Assembly: GCA_964387885.1 (NCBI GenBank)
Contig: CAYLYZ010000005.1
Coordinates: forward strand, 11,404-75,403
Direction of reading: 5' to 3'
DNA length: 64,000 nucleotides
Source: an uncultured bacterium
GTDB taxonomy: Bacteria; Electryoneota; AABM5-125-24; Hatepunaeales; Hatepunaeaceae
Part shown: positions 19,166 through 27,102 of the stretch, one piece after another
How the letters are laid out: every line of letters starts with the position of its first letter
Numbering within the stretch: the stretch's first letter is position 1
Notes under the pieces: generated by a model
Told to the model about the DNA's origin: nothing
The model's input: only the letters and a program-made list of their open reading frames with translations
Database searches by the model: none
Made by a program: the position numbers and the translations under genes

Positions 19166-22081
19166 TCACTTTATGAGCACACCACGTCCGACTGAACCAT
19201 CAGAAACAGATGATCCTTCAATTCGGAAGAAATATATGCCGTTAGGAATTGAACCATCATTGAGAGGGTTGTAGCTTATTGAATGAACTCCCGACTGCAG
19301 AAAACCTAGCTCGCGAGTAGACATGATTCGTCCGTTGATATTCATAACTGACAGCTTAACAATATTCGATCTTTCAAGTTTGAAGTTGACGTTAACCGTG
19401 CTATTGAAAGGATTGGGGAACAACCTGATCATATCAGGTGTTCCGGGGCTTGCACCATAAGTCGGCTGACTAACACCAAGATCACCACCCGTTGAAATAC
19501 ACCTTACAAAACCATCTTCAAAGATGCCTACAACATCAGCTGACTTGCCCAAATCTATATCTTCAAATGAAATAACATTAACTACCGCACCAACATCATC
19601 AAAGTTCGCATTCCATCGAACTGCACCATCTCGACCATCAAAACAAACAACATTACCTCTAATCCCCCCAAGAATTACCTCGTTAATCCCGTCACCATTT
19701 AAATTGTCGGGTAAGGTTATTAGGGTAGTTCCATTTCCCGGATCAGCCCACCATGTTTCCCCTGAAACCGGATTTATGCAGAATGTGGTTTGAACATGAC
19801 CGCAACCGGCCATCTCATTCACTCCATCACCATTAAAATCACTGCCTATCTCGGTGAGAAACATCAAGTTCCCACCAAGTTCGTATCTTGAAAAAATCCC
19901 GGTGGTCCAAAGCTGCTCTTCCTGTTGAAGTGACCAGGCAGAAATTTCTTCCTGACCGGTATTAATGATCAGGTCGCGTTTCCCATCTCCATCAAGATCC
20001 GGTGTTGGAAATAGAGGGGGTGCACATTCTGTCTCAATAGAGATTATCAAACCTCCATCTATACCGCTGACGACATTGATCTGATTTTCAAGGTTCACCA
20101 TTACAAAATCAACAACACCGTCCAGGTTAAAATCGTCAATTGGTTCAATATCACCTACTGTCCCGGCATTCAGAGTCCATATTGGTCTACCGGTGGATCC
20201 ATCAAGTCTGAGCAGTTTACGTACTCCATCATCATCCGGATAAATGAGAATAACCGGATCATCGGCTCCATCACCATTACTGTCATATCCACTCTTGACA
20301 GATCTGATCGGACCTTCAGCACCAACTGAACTCGCAGCCCATCTCCATATCAATTCACCATTAAAACCATTTATCCCATATACAGCTTGATCCTCACGAC
20401 CAGAGCCGAGGAGAATATCGTTTATCCCATCACCGTTTATGTCCCCAGCTGAAACGAGAACTTCTTGTGATAATACACCGGTCGGGGCAAAAGGCTGACC
20501 ATCGAAAGTCTGAGTCCATAACGGATCAACTTCACCGGAACCGAAACCGTTCAAACAGTAAATAGTACCCATAGGACCAACGGCAATACAATCATCAATC
20601 TGATCATTGTTAATATCTGCCTGACGCAAAATGCTGCCATTGCTGCCATCCCCTTCTTCAAGTTGATGGTACCACATTACCGTACCAGTAGTATAGCTGC
20701 TGTCGCTTCCGGAACCTCTTATTGGAGCTCTGATAATTCTATGAGCATCGTTAGAATAGATATAAAGCGAATCCTCGTACCTTATTCTGCGATGAGGTGT
20801 AAACCACAAATCCACCCATATTGTATCAAGAGTTTCAAGTATTTGAGGAAATTCTGGCGGGAAACACTCAAAAATATCGGGGATCCCGGTTAGCACTGAA
20901 TCGACTCTCAACTCGTTGAGTCCCATATTAAAAATTGCAATTCTCGCAGTACGACTACCATCTCTCCAGGGATCACCCCGCACAACTCCAAAATCGAGTG
21001 GATTAGGAGAAAATCCCAAACGTCTTGAATTGAAAATTCCCATACCGGTAACTACAATCTCAGCTTCCGGTTCAACGGGATCATTTGAGGATACCCTTAA
21101 AACATCTGTATATTGCATAAAGGTAGTTGGGAAGAATGCAACCGGAATATTCATATATTCACCCGGTTCAATGATCATCTCCCGCGGAAGCCGCCCTATT
21201 TCAAATCCGCGTTCCCCGTCATTCAACCTTACTGATTCGATTTCGAGATTACTGTTCCCAACGTTGAACATAGAGAGATTTACCTCAACCTCATCGAAAA
21301 CGGTGACTTCCGTAAAATCATAGTGTCTGGAAATCGGTAGAAGTTTTGGAGCATCTCCACCGGACGGATCAATTAGGTAAATGACATCAAAATTTGCATT
21401 TCTGCCATCATCAACTATTGCAATAAGCCTTTGTTCGTCAATAACTACCGAAGCAATGCCTTTTGGTGAAGAAGCAGGTGTGCGGAAGATATTAATTTCT
21501 CTTCCGTTTTCAGGATCAAAGACGTGAAGAAATCCTTCAATTCGATCGGTTATCCAGAGGTACTGACCGTCAAAAGCAATATCTCCGGGATTTCTGATAT
21601 TCGTGTGGAAACGTCGTAGCTCATTGCCCCCAGGCTCAAACAGGGTCAAATAGTTTACTTCGTTGACATCAATCATTGTCCAGAGCGATCTGTCAACGAT
21701 TTCCAGACCGCGCATAAACTCGTAAGGCTTGTCAATCTGATCAATTACCTCACCTCGAGAGCTGATTGAATAAAGAGCCTCGGAACCGAGAAACCATCCA
21801 GAGCCATTAATTGCTAATCCAAAGCAGGATGTTTCGGGAGCTTCAAGTTCAACAAGGATTCGACCACTTTCAGGATTGATTATCCTCATTATCTGGTCGT
21901 CACCTTCGAAACCACACAATACGCCTCCATCAATGGGAGTTATCGCGGTAATTCCCTGAGGCACCTCTTCAGCTGAAACAATCTGCCAGGCAAATGCCGG
22001 GGCAAGCAAAGCAAAACCGAGAAGCAAAGTAAATGAAAAAGTTAATAAAAACTGTTGAGTTTTCAATCCAGTTAAGTCCAT
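19166..22081 (-). CDS. Paralog of 16157..19135. Same architecture: propeller N-domain, FG-GAP repeats and T9SS CTD.
   Basis: 971 aa. FDGQYLWITD, DINGDGINDILLGSG, DLDGDGKRDLIINTG, DFNGDGVNEMAGCG. C-terminus FPNPFNSTVNVNF...NGIYFFRI. Confidence 0.8.
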   Translation of the reverse strand: MDLTGLKTQQFLLTFSFTLLLGFALLAPAFAWQIVSAEEVPQGITAITPIDGGVLCGFEGDDQIMRIINPESGRILVELEAPETSCFGLAINGSGWFLGSEALYSISSRGEVIDQIDKPYEFMRGLEIVDRSLWTMIDVNEVNYLTLFEPGGNELRRFHTNIRNPGDIAFDGQYLWITDRIEGFLHVFDPENGREINIFRTPASSPKGIASVVIDEQRLIAIVDDGRNANFDVIYLIDPSGGDAPKLLPISRHYDFTEVTVFDEVEVNLSMFNVGNSNLEIESVRLNDGERGFEIGRLPREMIIEPGEYMNIPVAFFPTTFMQYTDVLRVSSNDPVEPEAEIVVTGMGIFNSRRLGFSPNPLDFGVVRGDPWRDGSRTARIAIFNMGLNELRVDSVLTGIPDIFECFPPEFPQILETLDTIWVDLWFTPHRRIRYEDSLYIYSNDAHRIIRAPIRGSGSDSSYTTGTVMWYHQLEEGDGSNGSILRQADINNDQIDDCIAVGPMGTIYCLNGFGSGEVDPLWTQTFDGQPFAPTGVLSQEVLVSAGDINGDGINDILLGSGREDQAVYGINGFNGELIWRWAASSVGAEGPIRSVKSGYDSNGDGADDPVILIYPDDDGVRKLLRLDGSTGRPIWTLNAGTVGDIEPIDDFNLDGVVDFVMVNLENQINVVSGIDGGLIISIETECAPPLFPTPDLDGDGKRDLIINTGQEEISAWSLQQEEQLWTTGIFSRYELGGNLMFLTEIGSDFNGDGVNEMAGCGHVQTTFCINPVSGETWWADPGNGTTLITLPDNLNGDGINEVILGGIRGNVVCFDGRDGAVRWNANFDDVGAVVNVISFEDIDLGKSADVVGIFEDGFVRCISTGGDLGVSQPTYGASPGTPDMIRLFPNPFNSTVNVNFKLERSNIVKLSVMNINGRIMSTRELGFLQSGVHSISYNPLNDGSIPNGIYFFRIEGSSVSDGSVGRGVLIK

Positions 22082-22282
22082 TTATTTAATGAAATTTCAG
22101 CCCGAGAAGCACGTTGGTTAGTTCAAAAGAAGTGTAAATCACTCACTTATTGAGCAAACATCGTGCCTTAACTGTTTAATTCACAATTTCTCCAACCACA
22201 GCAAGAGAATCTGCATACGCTGCATAGCTTAATCATTATAGAATCGCACCGTGCACAAAGTGCATAAAATTCACTCATCATG

Positions 22283-23185
22283 CTAAAAATGCAAAATTCC
22301 CATCAGATACCTTACAACAATTATCCCCATACAAACCAAAAGTATGATCTTTATTGCGATTACAGGCATGAACTTTTGAACCACCGCTCCAAAGTAGATA
22401 CCTGCCATCCCTCCAATGCCAAATAATGTCCCCAGAGCCCAATCCGGTGATATTACGAGACCTGTTCCATCATAAAACAACTCAAGAGCAGCATAGACAA
22501 AAACTCCGAAAACCGAAACGGCAAATGTACTGAATAAGGCTACCCCACTAATTGCCCGGACGTGTTGTCGAAATACGGCAACATAAAACGGCGCAACCAA
22601 TGCACCGCCACCGATCCCATAAATCCCACTGACAATACCAACCAAAGAACAAACTGTTACAATTCCGACAATCGAGATTTGAAATTTCGTATCATATAAC
22701 GTATACGAGAAAACACCTTTTGTGAAAGAACAATCTGACCAGTGGAATTCCCCGTTATCATTTCCACTGTTGTTATCAGTTGCGGATTTCCGCAGCATAT
22801 CGGCTACTAACCTGACGCTCAGGTAAAGAAGAACCAAGGCGATAAACACCTTAAACAAGCGAGGATCAGGTAAATATTTTACTCTGATGATCGCCCCGAG
22901 AACGAATCCAGGCATCAAGCTGAAAGTCGTAATAGCAGTAAGGGGCCAGATAACTCTTCTGTCCCTTATATATTTATAAATCCCGCCCGGAATCGCTACA
23001 ATATTGTATAACAGATTCGTAGCACTCACCGCTGGTCCGACAAAACCGAGTATGCTGACCTGAAAAGGTAATAACAGGAAAGCTCCGGTGATTCCGGCAG
23101 TAGATGTCAGGCTCGAAATACAAAAAGCGACAACAATCGGTAACCACCAATACGTTTCAACACCACTTGCGGAAAATTCAATCAC
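22283..23185 (-). CDS. TauE/SafE family (DUF81) anion/sulfite exporter-like permease.
   Basis: 300 aa. Two 4-TM halves with Gly-rich motifs (GITGAFLLLPFQVSILGF ... GIGGGALVAPFYVAVF). Confidence 0.7.
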   Translation of the reverse strand: MIEFSASGVETYWWLPIVVAFCISSLTSTAGITGAFLLLPFQVSILGFVGPAVSATNLLYNIVAIPGGIYKYIRDRRVIWPLTAITTFSLMPGFVLGAIIRVKYLPDPRLFKVFIALVLLYLSVRLVADMLRKSATDNNSGNDNGEFHWSDCSFTKGVFSYTLYDTKFQISIVGIVTVCSLVGIVSGIYGIGGGALVAPFYVAVFRQHVRAISGVALFSTFAVSVFGVFVYAALELFYDGTGLVISPDWALGTLFGIGGMAGIYFGAVVQKFMPVIAIKIILLVCMGIIVVRYLMGILHF

Positions 23186-23201
23186 CCGATAGTTACCGTC
23201 T

Positions 23202-23720
23202 CTAAAGTTTTTGTGCTAACTGCATCAAGCCACCGGCGAAATAGATATCCTTCTGAACCGCGCCTAATGGTGAACCATCTGCAATTGTATTTCCGTTTTG
23301 ATCTGCAATTTTCCCGGTTTCAAGATCAATTTCAATCACATCACCAGTATGCAATTCAGAGCTCAGTGGTTTGTTACATTCTATCAGTGGCAATCCGGCG
23401 TTGATGGTATTCCGTTTGTAAATTGCACCGAAAGATTCACCTATTAAAGCAGAAACTCCGAGAGCGATAAATCCATCCACCGCCTGCTGACGAGAAGAAC
23501 CACATCCGAAATTGTGGCCCACTATCAAAATATCCCCTGTATTAACTACCCTTGGGAAATCCGAGTGTTCGGGCAAGTTGCCAAATATCCATTGTCCCAT
23601 TTCAGCCGGATCGGTTATATGCAAATGTCGATTATGAAAAATCATATCCGTATCCACATCCGGTTCGGGAACTATGTAAACATTGCCTTTCAGTTGTAAA
23701 GGTTTATCTTTTAATGCCAT
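23202..23720 (-). CDS. LeuD-like small subunit of the aconitase/3-isopropylmalate dehydratase family. No large subunit is nearby.
   Basis: 172 aa. GHNFGCGSSRQQA matches the LeuD/aconitase swivel-domain GDNFGCGSSREHA signature. Confidence 0.65.
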   Translation of the reverse strand: MALKDKPLQLKGNVYIVPEPDVDTDMIFHNRHLHITDPAEMGQWIFGNLPEHSDFPRVVNTGDILIVGHNFGCGSSRQQAVDGFIALGVSALIGESFGAIYKRNTINAGLPLIECNKPLSSELHTGDVIEIDLETGKIADQNGNTIADGSPLGAVQKDIYFAGGLMQLAQKL

Positions 23721-23884
23721 ATCTCTCTACATTCGAAGAATATCTGAGAATCGGATCTCAGGCTCAGTGGCAACGGGGAGGACGGACATTCCTGTCCGTC
23801 TTATCACCCTTTGAGGCGGACAGGAATCTCCGCTCTCCCCAAATGCCTGTGATGCCTGAATGACAGTACTCTAATGAAAAAGAA

Positions 23885-25372
23885 CTACCGGATTTCAGTC
23901 TCGAGAATCTCGATTTCAACGTTTCCAATAATCGGTGCTAACTCGGTTGACTCTGTTATTCCACCTGACGCAAACGCAATTCGAGCTGCATCTGCCTGTT
24001 TTTGTCCAAATGTCGGTTCGAACTCTTCCCAACGACCTTCAACCCATGCCGAAGGCCAGGCATGGTAGTAAAACCTGCCCTGTTGATATACGACTCCAAG
24101 TTGTATCCGGGCTGGTATACCTACCGATCTCGCCAATGCAGTAAACAGTACGCTGTGTTCGTTGCAATCTCCCTGTAATTGCTGCAGCACTGCCAGAGCA
24201 GAAGGTATACCTGTTGCCGGTTGCTTTTTTATTGCATGAAACACCCAATCTGTCAAACGATTGAGGCTGTCTATCCTGCTAACACCGCCCATCATGACAT
24301 TTCGGGCGAGTTGAATAATTGACTTCTCTCGAGATTCAATAAACGGTGCGTCTCTAACGTATTTTAAACGATTTCTCAGCTTACTGGTCGTATCCACAGC
24401 TGTCTGAAATACTTCAAATATCCCCTTGGACTCATCGACCACTCGTTGACGACCGCTGACACTGGCAATTTTCTTAACATCAATACCGAAGATCCTGTAC
24501 TTAGCATAATCGGTACGCCGAGGTGCCTTTATTACACCATCGGGTTTAATTGAATATATAGCAAGAAAATCAACCTTTGTATCCTCATCATCAACTTCAA
24601 GCGCGATCTCTTTTTCTTCCCGCCGCATTGTCATACCGAGAGGTGCGAACTCTGCAATTGAATTACCATTCGCATCGACATACACAGACGATTCAAGACC
24701 TGCCATTCGCGTTGTCAATTTACGCGCTTCATAGTCACCGCCCCATAACCTGTGCGTTTCAAGTGGGGCTCCAATCACAATCAAATCCTGCATCTCTAAC
24801 TTGACGGGATCAAATCCGGCAAGTTTAAGTGAATCATTTTCCCCCAGCCTGCCTGCATGCAGCAGCGGTTTTATTGCTTGACTCAGGTAAATAGGTTCTG
24901 GTGCAGGAAAAAACTTCTCACTTGTTTTTCCACCAGAATTGACCTCTATACGTAGAACCTTGTCCTCAACCCATCCGGAAAACACCGTAGCATAAGGTTC
25001 AGCCTCGAGACGACCACGAAAGGCGACAAGAGCAAGCGTGCTGTCAGTTTCTATTCGAGTACGCATTCGCATCTGCTGCTTAACGCCCATCATTGCACCC
25101 TGAATGCTTGAAAACTCCCGAATTTCATAGCCATGTGTATCGAGAGGTTCAAGTTCAGTGTTGACATACCCGATCTTCTGCCCGCTGAGATATACACCCA
25201 TCCAATAAGACTCCGGTTCCAGAAAAACTCCCCAGAGTAACTCATCAGGTGCATGCAATCCTCCGTGAGGTTCTCTGTAATAGCCTGTTATTAATATCGC
25301 TATCAAAGCGAACCATGCAAGATAAGTTCCCCACCAGGACAGACGTTTTGTCAGTCTTTCATAATCAAGCAT
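23885..25372 (-). CDS. Membrane-anchored transglutaminase-like cysteine protease-fold protein.
   Basis: 495 aa. N-terminal TM helix. C-terminal QGDCNEHSVLFTALARSVGIPARIQLGVVY...YHAWPSAWVE matches the transglutaminase-like Cys-His-Asp core. Confidence 0.7.
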   Translation of the reverse strand: MLDYERLTKRLSWWGTYLAWFALIAILITGYYREPHGGLHAPDELLWGVFLEPESYWMGVYLSGQKIGYVNTELEPLDTHGYEIREFSSIQGAMMGVKQQMRMRTRIETDSTLALVAFRGRLEAEPYATVFSGWVEDKVLRIEVNSGGKTSEKFFPAPEPIYLSQAIKPLLHAGRLGENDSLKLAGFDPVKLEMQDLIVIGAPLETHRLWGGDYEARKLTTRMAGLESSVYVDANGNSIAEFAPLGMTMRREEKEIALEVDDEDTKVDFLAIYSIKPDGVIKAPRRTDYAKYRIFGIDVKKIASVSGRQRVVDESKGIFEVFQTAVDTTSKLRNRLKYVRDAPFIESREKSIIQLARNVMMGGVSRIDSLNRLTDWVFHAIKKQPATGIPSALAVLQQLQGDCNEHSVLFTALARSVGIPARIQLGVVYQQGRFYYHAWPSAWVEGRWEEFEPTFGQKQADAARIAFASGGITESTELAPIIGNVEIEILETEIR

Positions 25373-25396
25373 TTTCAGTCGATCCTACTGAATATT

Positions 25397-25616
25397 TTGT
25401 CAACAAAGTCAATTAGTCAAAGATGTTGAATTTGACAAAACACAGGATATTTTGTCAAGTTTTGCATTTAATCAAAGAAGTTGAATTTGACAAAACACTG
25501 ATTATCTTGTCAACAATTGCAATTATACAAAGAAGTTGAATTTGACAAAACACTGATTATCTTGTCAACAATTGCAATTATACAAAGAAGTTGAATTTGA
25601 CAAAACACTGATATGT
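25397..25616. repeat. Four tandem 55-bp direct repeats. Each carries inverted heptamers TTGTCAA and TTGACAA, and on the minus strand a TATAAT box. The array lies 25-245 bp upstream of the transglutaminase-like gene.
   Basis: TTGTCAA at 25397, 25452, 25507 and 25562. TTGACAA at 25432, 25487, 25542 and 25597. Exact 55-bp period. Units 3 and 4 are identical over 50 nt. Confidence 0.9.
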
Positions 25617-25719
25617 CACAAAAGTGCATAAGATAAATAAAATGCTATATTTATTACCAAAATGCCACCTTCAAATCGTAATAATTGGTTTGAAGGTAAT
25701 TTGGATACTCATTGATCCT

Positions 25720-26706
25720 TCAAAATCTGAAATTGAAGGCTAATCCCGCTCCTTCATTATTGTAGAAAACCGGTGTAACTCTTACTCTTCTAATTTTCTT
25801 CATTTGCATAAGTTTTTCAGTGACAACATATCCGAAAACTGACCCCAGATAAGCATCAGATGGCCAGTGAGCTGTATCTGTAATCCTCTGAAGAGCCACT
25901 GACGTTGCAAATGTATATAAGGCGATAGTCGCATATTTGTTGTTTATATGATGCGACAGCACTGTTGCCATTTGAAAGACATTTGACGCATGACCTGATG
26001 GCAAAGAGGAACCCTCGAGAAAATCATATTGTCTCGGTCCAAATCCCTCATACGGACGCCGTCTCCCGATAAGCATAACAACAGCGTTTTTAGCATTTCC
26101 TGCTATTAGATAAGCTTCGAGTATATCAGCCGAGATCAACATTAGAGGCTCGTAGCCGATCAGATATCCAACAATTACGCCTCCGAAAATATACTTGTTT
26201 GTATGTGCCTGCATCCCGAGCGGTTCGAAGAACTCACCCATGTGACGAATGGGGACATAGAGAGGGTGATTCCTCGACCTTTGAAATCCGTCAAAAATCT
26301 CCTGGTCATAAGCATACAACAATCCTCCGACACCAAGTATACCACCAGTCCACAGAGCACTCTCTAAATCCATCCTCGCTGGAGAAGAATAAAAATACCA
26401 CATGTCAGAGAGGATGACCTTTCCCGATTTGTAAAGATCTCGACCAACGACCTTCAGGAATGCATCCTTGACTTCCTGATCGTCTGTATCATTGCTGTTA
26501 AATCTGTTTAAAGCAAACTTCTGCAAACTCTGATTATGCAAATCACATTGCAATTGCAGCCTGTAACGGACATTTTCTGAAATATTATGAACGTTATGTT
26601 CTGATGAAGAAGGTTGAAATGGTAAGGTACAAAATCCATATTTGCACTGAGTGAGCAGCAGGAGTGTGGAAAAAAAGAGTACTAAAGAAAGTCTTCGCAA
26701 TGTCAA
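25720..26706 (-). CDS. PAP2 superfamily (phosphatidic acid phosphatase / haloperoxidase-like) membrane phosphatase.
   Basis: 328 aa. KNAVVMLIGRRRPYE (K..RP), PSGHAS (PSGH) and LQRITDTAHWPSD (SR..H...D) are the three PAP2 motifs. Confidence 0.75.
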   Translation of the reverse strand: MTLRRLSLVLFFSTLLLLTQCKYGFCTLPFQPSSSEHNVHNISENVRYRLQLQCDLHNQSLQKFALNRFNSNDTDDQEVKDAFLKVVGRDLYKSGKVILSDMWYFYSSPARMDLESALWTGGILGVGGLLYAYDQEIFDGFQRSRNHPLYVPIRHMGEFFEPLGMQAHTNKYIFGGVIVGYLIGYEPLMLISADILEAYLIAGNAKNAVVMLIGRRRPYEGFGPRQYDFLEGSSLPSGHASNVFQMATVLSHHINNKYATIALYTFATSVALQRITDTAHWPSDAYLGSVFGYVVTEKLMQMKKIRRVRVTPVFYNNEGAGLAFNFRF

Positions 26707-27102
26707 GCAGCTTCTCCGGTTAAAAAATCCAACAATTCATTACTTCGATGACATCACAGTCATTTTTTAAGCAACTTATGAATATAACTTATTTTCTGAG
26801 TAATAACAATATATATAATCACAATAAGATGGATTTCATCTTACATATTCAATTGGAATATAAACACTTACAAAAAAAGAACTCGCTACAGCGTAAGTAA
26901 CCTTCCTATAAGTGCTTACGCCACAAAATAGAATTTCTGGTTTTGTAAAAAAAAACCGGGGTGGCTATTTTGATCATCCTGGTGTACTTCTATTGACAAG
27001 TCTCTACTAATTGCCTAACTTCAAATTATCCAATCGGATGATATATTCCTGATAACCCTGAACCAGTGACTGAGTTTCCCTCATGATTTAAAAGGAATTA
27101 CA

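Noticed and set aside
24039-24248. Short ORFs nested in the transglutaminase-like gene
   Set aside because: They lie fully inside a well-supported long CDS in other frames. No independent signals.
25397-25616. CRISPR array
   Set aside because: The units are direct repeats with a fixed period, but the inter-motif segments are identical or near-identical between units rather than unique spacers. No cas genes are nearby.
26887-26917. Hairpin GCGTAAG-N17-CTTACGC in the divergent PAP2/paralog-1 promoter region
   Set aside because: It is a single 7-bp stem with a long loop, with no T-run or conserved partner elsewhere in the window. Insufficient to call a feature.
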